From: Hyphomicrobiales bacterium
GTDB lineage: Bacteria > Pseudomonadota > Alphaproteobacteria > Rhizobiales > OSC116
Direction: 5' to 3'
Assembly: GCA_002401855.1 (NCBI GenBank)
Contig: NVUH01000007.1
Span: 49,826-113,825, forward strand
DNA: 64,000 nucleotides
Positions 56,502 to 64,000 of this stretch are shown in pieces (within the stretch, counting starts at the first letter, position 1; every line of letters begins with the position of its first letter). The notes beneath the pieces were generated by a model. The model saw only the letters and a list, made by a program, of their open reading frames with translations. It made no database searches and was not told the origin of the DNA. The position numbers were made by a program, and so were the translations under genes.

Positions 56502-57824
56502 TCAATAGAGCCAGCGCATTAAAAATAATGTTATGGAAGGAAATATTACTAAGATAATTGTTCTTATTAAATCAGATGTAATAAACGGAATAACACCTCT
56601 GAATGTGTCTGATAATTTGGTTTCCTTTGCCATAGAATTGATGACAAACAAATTCATTCCTACGGGCGGCGTGATCAACCCAACTTCAACTACAATCAAA
56701 ACCAGTACACCGAACCAAATAGCAAACTCATCTGGAGATAAGCCGAAATCAAGAACAGAAACAATAGGAAAGAATATCGGTATCGTTAATAAGATCATTG
56801 AAAGCGAATCCATTACACAACCCAAGACCATATATATAATTAAAATAATAGTAAGTATCATCCAAGGGTTTAGCCCCAACATAACCACCCATTCAGCGAC
56901 TTCTTGGGGTACTTGGCTAAGGGCTAAGAACCCATTGTAAATACTTGCTCCAAATACAATAAAGAAGATCATACCAGTTGAGGCGGCGGTTTCTAAAATA
57001 GAATCCATTAGTGTCTCTTTTGTTAAGCCACCATTCAAAAGCGCCAAAATTCCAGTTCCTGCTGCACCAACTGCTGCACCCTCGGTGGGGGTGAATATAC
57101 CCATGTAAATGCCACCAACTACAATTAAAAATATAGCTAGAACGGGCCAAACCTCTAACAAGGCTTTAAAACGTTCTGAATAGGGAGCGCGCTCGCGCGA
57201 CCCCGCGGACTCTGGATAAATGCGAACATAAATAGAAATGGCTATAATGTAGCCAACAGCAGCCAATAGACCTGGTACAAGCGCCGCAATAAATAATTTC
57301 GCAATATTCTGTTCTGTTAAAATGGCAAAAATGACCAATACAAACGATGGTGGAATTAAGATACCAAGTGTTCCACCTGCAGCTAATGTACCAGTTGCAA
57401 GTTTTCCAGAATATCCATATCGTTTTAACTCTGGCAACGCAACTTGCCCCATCGTTGCTGCGGTTGCTAATGATGAACCGCAAATAGCACCAAAACCAGC
57501 ACAAGCACCGATTGCAGCCATTGCTACACCGCCTTTTTTGTGCCCCATCCAAGTTTCTGCTGCTTTAAACAAAGCTTGAGACATACCACCTAGCCTAGCA
57601 AATTGCCCCATTAACAAAAATAAAGGAATAATTGTTAATGAATAACTAGAAAATGTTGAGTAAGTTTCATTCTTAAATTTAGCTAAGATTGGCAGCCAGT
57701 TGTCGCCAATTAGAAAACTTCCAACAAAACCAGTTATTAACATTGAAAGGCCAATGGGAATGCGAATAAATATTAAAACCATTAATATTGGGAATGACCA
57801 AATTCCTATTTCTAAACTGCTCAA
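56502..57824 (-). CDS. dctM: TRAP transporter large permease
   Basis: 440-aa DctM-like protein; 4-nt overlap with dctQ. Confidence 0.9.
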   Translation of the reverse strand: MSSLEIGIWSFPILMVLIFIRIPIGLSMLITGFVGSFLIGDNWLPILAKFKNETYSTFSSYSLTIIPLFLLMGQFARLGGMSQALFKAAETWMGHKKGGVAMAAIGACAGFGAICGSSLATAATMGQVALPELKRYGYSGKLATGTLAAGGTLGILIPPSFVLVIFAILTEQNIAKLFIAALVPGLLAAVGYIIAISIYVRIYPESAGSRERAPYSERFKALLEVWPVLAIFLIVVGGIYMGIFTPTEGAAVGAAGTGILALLNGGLTKETLMDSILETAASTGMIFFIVFGASIYNGFLALSQVPQEVAEWVVMLGLNPWMILTIILIIYMVLGCVMDSLSMILLTIPIFFPIVSVLDFGLSPDEFAIWFGVLVLIVVEVGLITPPVGMNLFVINSMAKETKLSDTFRGVIPFITSDLIRTIILVIFPSITLFLMRWLY

Positions 57825-58369
57825 TGAACTGCCCCTGAGTTTGAATTAATTTCTGTTTTTCCGTAGATCACTTCGATGATCCGCAATATAATCATGTAGA
57901 ATGCAACTAGGCACCCTAATAAAGCTACCGATAAGCTCAAGGCATATGCCCACCAAATTGGGAATTGCAGTATAAACGTTGTTTCGCCATATTTAGTTTT
58001 TGAGATGGTGCCATCCCATAATTTCCATGCAATTATAAAAATGGCTAATCCCATTAATATTTCTGCAATTAAGTCAATCCAACGATTGAAATTATCAGGT
58101 AAGAATGCCGTGAATATGTCAACTGCAGCGTGACCTCTGGTGATCTGACACCAAGGTAAAAAAGCAAACACAACAAATGCGGCAAGAGCTTCAATCAATT
58201 CAAAATCACCTGGAATAGGCCCTAGTCCTATATTAATAAGAGTTCTTCCGAATATTGAAACACATGTGATAATTATCATTGATATAAGGACGAAACCACC
58301 TAATAGGGCTAATGTTCGAGCTAGCCACTCAACCGCTACTTTAATTTTTGAGTTCATAGTAAATCTCAT
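57821..58369 (-). CDS. dctQ: TRAP transporter small permease
   Basis: 4-TM protein; ORF-track start 58435 would include the terminator U-run, so ATG 58369 (or 58357) preferred. Confidence 0.75.
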   Translation of the reverse strand: MRFTMNSKIKVAVEWLARTLALLGGFVLISMIIITCVSIFGRTLINIGLGPIPGDFELIEALAAFVVFAFLPWCQITRGHAAVDIFTAFLPDNFNRWIDLIAEILMGLAIFIIAWKLWDGTISKTKYGETTFILQFPIWWAYALSLSVALLGCLVAFYMIILRIIEVIYGKTEINSNSGAVH

Positions 58370-58413
58370 TTTGAAATTGTATTCTCGCAATTTACTCTGT
58401 TGAGAAAATTGCT

Positions 58414-58454
58414 TCAAAAAAAAAAGAGCAAACAAATATTTTTGTTTGCTCTTT
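58414..58454 (-). terminator. Strong rho-independent terminator/attenuator between dctP and dctQ
   Basis: AAGAGCAAACAAA-TATT-TTTGTTTGCTCTT (13-bp stem), then U10 on the minus strand (A-run 58416-58425). Confidence 0.7.
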
Positions 58455-58461
58455 AAAAATA

Positions 58462-59517
58462 TCAGTTGCTCATTTTTGAGCTTTTCAATAATAGAGCTTT
58501 TGCCTCAGCAATTAATGCTTTTCCGTCAAAGCCTTTATCATCCATTTCTTTTGCCCAAGTGTCATAAACTGGTGCAGCAGCAGCAGCCCAGACGGCACTT
58601 TCATCTGCATTTAGAACAATAATATTATTACCTTGTTCAACAGCTTTAGCTCTTACAGGTGCATCAAAGTCTTGCATTATCTTGGCTGCATTAACACTAA
58701 ATTCAAGGCCTGAATTGTCATCGATGATTTTCTTTAAATCATCAGGTAAGCTTGCATATTTTTCTTTGTTCATGGCCATAACAAATGTCACTGTGTACAA
58801 TGCATTGCCTGTAAACTCAGTGTGATTACTTACCAATTCAGGAACTTTCACTGCTGCTGCCACTTCCCATGGAATTGTAGTTGCGTTAATAACACCTTTT
58901 GACAAAGCTTCTGACACTGCAGGAACTGGCATACCCACTGCTGTAGCACCAAATTGTTTAAGCATCATGTTAATGGCTCGCGAACCACCACGGACTTTTA
59001 AGCCCTTCATATCTTCAACTGTCTTTACAGGTTTGTCGGAATGAAGAAGTCCTGGGCCGTGAACCCAAACACCCAACACATGCATATCTTTGAATTCATT
59101 GTCCTTCATGTCTTTTTCAAACATTGTCCAAAGTGCTTGGGTTGTTTCTTGAGCATCTTTTTGAATGAAAGGTAATTCAAACACTTCGGTACGTGGAAAA
59201 CGACCCGGTGTATAACCGTTTACAGTCCAAATAATATCTACAACACCATCAATAACTTGATCAATTAGTTCTGGAGGCTTGCCACCAAGCTGCATTGAAG
59301 GATAATGTTGAATTTTAATACGGCCCTTTGACTGTTCTTCAATTTTCGCACCCCAAACTTGAAGTACTTGTTTTGGAACAGTCGCTTGCCCAGGTAAAAA
59401 TTGATGTAACTTTAAAATCACGACATCAGCCGCGACGGCAGAAGTTACGCTTGATAATAAACCAAGCGCTCCAACCATTGCCATTCCAGCAATATTTCTA
59501 AATGAATTTATTTTCAT
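58462..59517 (-). CDS. dctP: TRAP transporter substrate-binding protein
   Basis: 351 aa, signal peptide ...LLSSVTSAVA, DctP-family sequence, GGGAGAG SD. Confidence 0.9.
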   Translation of the reverse strand: MKINSFRNIAGMAMVGALGLLSSVTSAVAADVVILKLHQFLPGQATVPKQVLQVWGAKIEEQSKGRIKIQHYPSMQLGGKPPELIDQVIDGVVDIIWTVNGYTPGRFPRTEVFELPFIQKDAQETTQALWTMFEKDMKDNEFKDMHVLGVWVHGPGLLHSDKPVKTVEDMKGLKVRGGSRAINMMLKQFGATAVGMPVPAVSEALSKGVINATTIPWEVAAAVKVPELVSNHTEFTGNALYTVTFVMAMNKEKYASLPDDLKKIIDDNSGLEFSVNAAKIMQDFDAPVRAKAVEQGNNIIVLNADESAVWAAAAAPVYDTWAKEMDDKGFDGKALIAEAKALLLKSSKMSN

Positions 59518-59534
59518 TTTTCTCTCCCTTTTCG

Positions 59535-59582
59535 TTTTATTTCCCTATTCATTGAAAATATTCAGAGAATAGGGAAATAAAA
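59535..59582. promoter_or_regulatory. Perfect 16-bp-arm inverted repeat with 16-nt spacer, just upstream of the dctP SD
   Basis: TTTTATTTCCCTATTC-N16-GAATAGGGAAATAAAA read directly. Confidence 0.5.
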
Positions 59583-59694
59583 GCTCTTCTTTTACGATAT
59601 TCAGCAGCAGTAAACAATATCTTTGCAAACTGTGTAAAAGGAAACAGTGTCAAAGTCAATTAGCAGATTCCCCCTGGAATGGTAACTCATTGCC

Positions 59695-59716
59695 ATTACG
59701 TAGTATACTACATAAT
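59695..59716. promoter_or_regulatory. 22-bp palindrome ATTACGTAGTA|TACTACATAAT (one mismatched pair), candidate MarR operator
   Basis: Read directly in the dctP / marR divergent region, 113 nt upstream of the marR ATG. Confidence 0.45.
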
Positions 59717-59828
59717 GTAACAGATAACTTAAAACTTGACATGAGTCAAATTTAACACGAGTGATTTTTATTACTCAAAAATTATTTTAGTACTTGAGTG
59801 GGTAATTTATTAGGAATATATATTCAAT

Positions 59829-60284
59829 ATGTTAGAAATTTATGAAATGCCAGGGCACTTAATTCGCCGTTTAAATCAGGTATCAGTATCGTTATTCTTA
59901 CAAGAAACAACGAAGGCTGGAATTGACATTACTCCAGTGCAATATGCTGCCATGACTTCAATAAATACCGATCCAGGATTGGATCAAATCACACTTGCAA
60001 GCAACATAGCTTATGACCGCGTTACAATAGGTGGTGTCGTAGATAGATTGGTAAAAAAAGGTTTCGTAATTCGTAAGGTTAACAGCAAGGACAGGCGCTC
60101 AAAATCCCTTCATTTGACAGGCAAGGGTGAGGCTCTTCTTGTGCAAATAAAACCCTTCATATCTCAAGTGCAACTTAACTTGTTGGATGGACTGAGTGAC
60201 AGTGAGGTGGATATTTTTCTTTCCCTGTTAAAAAAAGCTACGAATGCTTCAAACCTACAAAGTAGAGCGCCATTGAAGATATAA
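59829..60284 (+). CDS. MarR-family transcriptional regulator
   Basis: 151 aa; GHLIRRLNQVSVSLF...ITPVQYAAMTSI...DRRSKSLHLTGKG. Confidence 0.85.
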   Translation: MLEIYEMPGHLIRRLNQVSVSLFLQETTKAGIDITPVQYAAMTSINTDPGLDQITLASNIAYDRVTIGGVVDRLVKKGFVIRKVNSKDRRSKSLHLTGKGEALLVQIKPFISQVQLNLLDGLSDSEVDIFLSLLKKATNASNLQSRAPLKI

Positions 60285-60344
60285 AACCTAACGTGAAATA
60301 ATTATAAAATTTACAAATTGTTCAATTATAATTATTTAATATTT

Positions 60345-60359
60345 GTCCAATATATGGAC
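60345..60359. promoter_or_regulatory. GTCCAA-box copy 1 (GTCCAATATATGGAC)
   Basis: Near-palindrome read directly, 188 nt upstream of the SDR start. Confidence 0.45.
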
Positions 60360-60546
60360 TTTGTGAATTTATCATTATCATATAATTTTTTATTATATTT
60401 TTAAATACCAATATATTCAACTAGTTACACGGATATAATCAACTAACATTTTGACGTGTAAATTCTCGCCAATTGGACAATCTTGAATTTGACTGTCATA
60501 ATATAATTCAATACTAAAATTAAAGTTATAAATTTGGAGTTTTGAA

Positions 60547-61281
60547 TTGAAGAATAATCTAAGTGGGAAAATAGCGATTGTAACAGGTGGCGCACGGGGG
60601 ATAGGGCTTGCAGTGGCGAAGCGTTTCTCAAATTCGGGAGCAAAAATCGCCATTTGGGATATTCAAGGAGCTAAGGGAGCTGCAAGTGATATTGAGGGTG
60701 CAATTGGCGTTGAAGTTGATGTGGCAGATGCGTCTTCCATAGAGCAAGGTCTAAACGAGACAAAAAAATTGCTGGGCAAGGTAGATATTCTAGTCACATC
60801 GGCTGGTATGACCGGGCCAACGGGACCAGTAGATGGTTACCCTATAGAGGAATGGCAAAAAGTCGTGAATGTGCACCTTATTGGTGGCTTTTTATGTTGC
60901 CGCGCCGTGTTGCCTGATATGAAGGCAGCGGATTATGGGCGTATAGTTATGGTAAGTTCTGTTGCGGGTAAGGAGGGCAATGCAAATGCCTCAAGTTATT
61001 CTGCGGCCAAAGCTGGTATTATTGGTCTTGTTAAATCTCTTGGTAAAGAAATGGCAGAAACAGGTGTTCGGGTTAATTGCATCGCTCCTGGCTTAATTGA
61101 CACCCCGCTTATGCAGCAGCTACCTAAAGAACAAGTTGCTTGGTCTTTAGGTAAAATTCCTCAAGGTCGGTTTGGTACGGTTGAAGAGGCGGCAAGCTTA
61201 ATATCTTGGTTGTCTTCTGAGGAGTGCTCATTTAATAGTGGTGCTATTTTTGATCTATCAGGTGGCAGGGCAACCTACTGA
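60547..61281 (+). CDS. Short-chain dehydrogenase/reductase (FabG-like)
   Basis: VTGGARGIGLA, YSAAKAG; TTG start with GGAG SD. Confidence 0.85.
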   Translation: MKNNLSGKIAIVTGGARGIGLAVAKRFSNSGAKIAIWDIQGAKGAASDIEGAIGVEVDVADASSIEQGLNETKKLLGKVDILVTSAGMTGPTGPVDGYPIEEWQKVVNVHLIGGFLCCRAVLPDMKAADYGRIVMVSSVAGKEGNANASSYSAAKAGIIGLVKSLGKEMAETGVRVNCIAPGLIDTPLMQQLPKEQVAWSLGKIPQGRFGTVEEAASLISWLSSEECSFNSGAIFDLSGGRATY

Positions 61282-61307
61282 TGAAATTCTTATTTTTTTT
61301 CGTTAAC

Positions 61308-61322
61308 GTCCAATATGTGAAC
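61308..61322. promoter_or_regulatory. GTCCAA-box copy 2 (GTCCAATATGTGAAC)
   Basis: Read directly, 75 nt upstream of the LivH-like start. Confidence 0.45.
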
Positions 61323-61396
61323 TTTATTAGTTGATCGATTGCAGGTCAAACCTTATGTTCCTACGTTATGTAAAAGCTATTATCTTGGGGTAAAAA

Positions 61397-62338
61397 ATGG
61401 ATATTATTGTATTTGCGCTTATAAATGGGTTGCTGTATGGAATGCTATTGTTTGTTTTGGCGAGCGGGCTGACGTTAATTTTTAGCATGATGGGTGTTTT
61501 AAATTTTGCCCATGCTAGTTTTTATATGCTGGGCGCCTATTTAGGTTATCAAATAAGCGTTTGGACTGATTTTTGGGTGGCTCTTTTTGTGGCTCCAATT
61601 ATTGTTGGTATTTTGGGTGCGGCAGTTGAGCGTTATGGTTTGCGCACCGTTCATAAATATGGACATCTTGGGGAACTGTTATTCACTTTCGGACTTGCAT
61701 TTTTTATTGAGGAGATTGTTCAAATGAGTTGGGGGCGTTCCCCATTGGACTTTCAAGTTCCTGATATATTGAATTTTACTGCATTTACACTTTTTGAGAC
61801 AGGTTATCCAGCATTTAGAATATTTATGCTAGTTGTGTCGGTTTCAATCTTTATTGCCTTGCTATTAGTTCTGACCAAAACTCGTATTGGTCTGATTGTT
61901 CAAGCGGCTCTTGTTCACCCCGAAATGGTTGAAATGTTGGGACATAACGTACCAAAAATATTCATGATGGTGTTTGGGGCTGGGGCCGCCTTGGCAGGGA
62001 TAGCGGGGGTCATTGCTGGGCCAGTTTTGATAACGCAACCTTCAATGGCTGCGGCGCTGGGGCCGATATTGTTTGTGATTGTCGTTGTTGGTGGGTTGGG
62101 CTCCCTAACAGGCGCATTTATAGCGTCATTACTGATTGGTTTCATTCAAACATTTGCCGTTGCAATCGACTATTCGCTAGCTGATCTTATGGGGTTATTT
62201 GGTGTAATGGAATCTCCCGTTTATCTGAGTGATATTTGGGAAGTAACGGTGGCTCAAATCGGACCCATTATCCCTTATATGTTGTTAATTTTAATTTTGG
62301 TATTCAGGCCTGCTGGCTTAATTGGCAAACGCCTTTAG
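61397..62338 (+). CDS. LIV-family ABC permease, LivH-like
   Basis: 313-aa membrane protein, INGLLYGMLLFVLASGLTLIFSMMGVLNFAHASF. Confidence 0.85.
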   Translation: MDIIVFALINGLLYGMLLFVLASGLTLIFSMMGVLNFAHASFYMLGAYLGYQISVWTDFWVALFVAPIIVGILGAAVERYGLRTVHKYGHLGELLFTFGLAFFIEEIVQMSWGRSPLDFQVPDILNFTAFTLFETGYPAFRIFMLVVSVSIFIALLLVLTKTRIGLIVQAALVHPEMVEMLGHNVPKIFMMVFGAGAALAGIAGVIAGPVLITQPSMAAALGPILFVIVVVGGLGSLTGAFIASLLIGFIQTFAVAIDYSLADLMGLFGVMESPVYLSDIWEVTVAQIGPIIPYMLLILILVFRPAGLIGKRL

Positions 62339-62472
62339 TTTGTTGGTGTATTTCTAATAAGGGGGTTTCAGTTGTCTAGGTTGGCGTTTCTGTCATTTGC
62401 AAGAATATTAGGCTATTGGCTTTGAAATTTCTTTGATCTTAGTCAAATTAGTTAGACGTTATTGAGTATTTA

Positions 62473-62487
62473 GTCCAACATGCGAAC
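62473..62487. promoter_or_regulatory. GTCCAA-box copy 3 (GTCCAACATGCGAAC)
   Basis: Read directly, 222 nt upstream of the binding-protein start. Confidence 0.4.
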
Positions 62488-62708
62488 TCTCAATATTGAC
62501 GTTCAATTTTTCATTAGATATATTTTTATTGTGATAAAGGGCGTTTGTTGTAAAAGGAATAATTCATAAAATTCATATGGGTGAGGGGTGTTTTAGTGTG
62601 CCAACTTACATGTGAAATTTATGGTTCTTTTGTTGCAAGGTCATATTAAAAAGTATGTGTTTAAAACGATAAACTATTATTTGATGAATGATAGTTGGAG
62701 GGAAAATT

Positions 62709-63941
62709 ATGAATAAAAAAATGGGCATTTTACCAATAGTGGTTTCGCTTGGATTAATGGCAAGCGTTGCATTTGCTGAAGATACTTTTAAATTTGCTGT
62801 TATTGATCCGGGTTCGGGTGGTGCAGCAGTGGTAACTGAACGTATCCTAGAAGTTTTGAACTTTTCAGTCGAAAAATTGAACGCTGAAGGTGGTTTAAAC
62901 GGCGTTCCAGTTGAAGTCATTACATTTGACAATCAAATGTCACCAAAAGAAACTGCAATTCAAGCCCAAAAAGCAATTGATGCTGGTGCGCGTATTCTTC
63001 AAACAAGTGTTTCATCTTCAAATACATTTGCATTAATTGATTTTGTAAGAAAATATAACCGTCGTAACCCAGACAATAAAGTTATTGTGTTTGATGGTGC
63101 CTCTCACGACCCTGCTACCTCTGGTTCAAAATGTAGCTATAATAGTTTTTCTTGGGTTTTAAATGCCAACATGAAGACGAAAGGCCTTGCTGAATTCTTC
63201 AAAAGCCAAACAGATATCAAAAAAGTTTATAATTTGAACGCAGAAGGTTCTTCTGGTCAAACTACCCGAAAAAATATTTTAAATATGATTGGTGAAACTC
63301 GTCCAGACATTGAGTTTGTTGGCGATGAAACCCATCCATTGCAGAAAATTACAGATTTTGCGCCTTATATTGCTAAAATTCGCGCATCCGGTGCAGACGC
63401 AGTGACAACAAGTGATTGGGGTGGTGATTTAGCTTTACTTCTAAAAGCGGCAGGAGAAGCTAATTTGGATGTAAAATGGTTTACATATTTTTCAACGGGT
63501 CCAGGTTCAGCTGCAGCTATTAAACAAACAGGACTTGATGGTCTGGTTTATTCGGTGTTCGATGGTGATGCTGGAATTGACAATGCTGATTTGAAGGCAT
63601 TTGAAGGCGAGTTCAGAACAATTAATGTTCATTCTGCTAGTGCTTTTCCAGGTGATACATCTGCAATTAGAGCTCTTGCAAGTGCCGCTAAGCAAGCTGG
63701 ATCAAATGATTTTGACGCATTGATTGTAGCGCTAGAAAATCAGAAATTTAAAACAGTATATGGCGCTGATGCTTATATGCGTGCTGACGATCACCAGATT
63801 ATCACTCAAATGGTTATTTCTAGTTTTGGGCCAACTGATGGCTTAGATGAAGATGGCACTGGTTGGGGATGGCACACACAAGCCGTCATACCAGCCGATA
63901 AAATTACGTTTGAATCTACATGTGAAATGAAACGTCCATAA
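62709..63941 (+). CDS. LIV-family periplasmic substrate-binding protein
   Basis: Signal peptide MNKKMGILPIVVSLGLMASVAFA; GGAGGG SD before ATG 62709. Confidence 0.85.
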   Translation: MNKKMGILPIVVSLGLMASVAFAEDTFKFAVIDPGSGGAAVVTERILEVLNFSVEKLNAEGGLNGVPVEVITFDNQMSPKETAIQAQKAIDAGARILQTSVSSSNTFALIDFVRKYNRRNPDNKVIVFDGASHDPATSGSKCSYNSFSWVLNANMKTKGLAEFFKSQTDIKKVYNLNAEGSSGQTTRKNILNMIGETRPDIEFVGDETHPLQKITDFAPYIAKIRASGADAVTTSDWGGDLALLLKAAGEANLDVKWFTYFSTGPGSAAAIKQTGLDGLVYSVFDGDAGIDNADLKAFEGEFRTINVHSASAFPGDTSAIRALASAAKQAGSNDFDALIVALENQKFKTVYGADAYMRADDHQIITQMVISSFGPTDGLDEDGTGWGWHTQAVIPADKITFESTCEMKRP

Positions 63942-63954
63942 TATAAGCTATTAC

Positions 63955-63990
63955 GGCCACGCTTTCAAACATAGCGTGGCCATTTTAATT
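63955..63990 (+). terminator. Rho-independent terminator
   Basis: GGCCACGCT-N9-AGCGTGGCC followed by ATTTTAATTT. Confidence 0.6.
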
Positions 63991-64000
63991 TAAATGTTGA

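Noticed and set aside
62339-62687. Looked for a decayed LivM gene in the 350-bp gap between LivH-like and SBP genes
   Set aside because: No frame gives membrane-protein-like or LivM-like sequence. The gap instead carries one of the GTCCAA boxes and AT-rich promoter-like DNA.
1-64000. Scan for tRNA, rRNA, tmRNA, CRISPR arrays, prophage or defence-system genes, and a compositional island boundary
   Set aside because: I found no T-loop or anticodon-arm-like structures, no regularly spaced repeats, and no phage, restriction, toxin or nuclease-like ORFs. The second half of the window looks somewhat more AT-rich to the eye, but I cannot compute GC content or skew here, so I make no island claim.

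Overview
The window reads as a chromosomal transport and catabolism stretch of a heterotrophic proteobacterium. A marine alpha- or gammaproteobacterial origin is only an inference. It holds about 60 intact genes, nearly all for solute import, CoA-dependent catabolism or their regulators.

Layout, in order:
- 1-9.5 kb: a LIV-type ABC importer bracketed by two adenylate-forming CoA ligases, a NUDIX gene and mmsA.
- 10-13.4 kb: a gcdR / gcdH / family-III CoA-transferase glutarate module.
- 13.6-17.8 kb: a frameshifted GntR gene flanked by identical palindromes, a small ferredoxin translationally coupled to a glutamine-synthetase-like gene, and a BKACE plus carnitine-dehydrogenase-like pair.
- 17.8-20.9 kb: a gene-decay zone with permease, binding-protein and MalT-like remnants and one intact IS3-family element with a 3-bp target duplication.
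- About 21-22 kb: a cold-shock gene and a small basic ORF.
- 22.3-27 kb: an IclR-associated hydroxylase / extradiol dioxygenase / FAH set.
- 28-36 kb: a LacI-headed sugar ABC operon carrying a 689-aa ADP-ribosylglycohydrolase fusion protein and ribokinase.
- Three DctPQM TRAP systems, one TAXI-TRAP system and one DctM remnant.
- 41.6-55.9 kb: a block of an IclR gene, a tightly coupled 7-gene operon (CoA-transferase, SMP-30-like, DHDPS-like, HcnABC/opine-oxidase-like trio, SDR), a divergent aminotransferase-BKACE-PcaG-PcaH operon and the TAXI-TRAP genes. These share a sequence motif in their promoters.
- 59.8-64 kb: MarR, an SDR, a LivH-type permease and a binding protein, three of them preceded by the same 15-bp box.

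I saw no rRNA, tRNA, CRISPR array, prophage or recognisable defence genes.

The best candidates for something undescribed are metabolic and regulatory rather than defence or mobile systems:
1. The motif-linked 41.6-55.9 kb cluster, which places an intradiol dioxygenase next to a BKACE enzyme and an aminotransferase.
2. The ADP-ribosylglycohydrolase-fusion / ribokinase ABC operon.
3. The ferredoxin / GS-like coupled pair.

All family calls come from by-eye motif recognition on the supplied translations. No database search, HMM or folding computation was possible.
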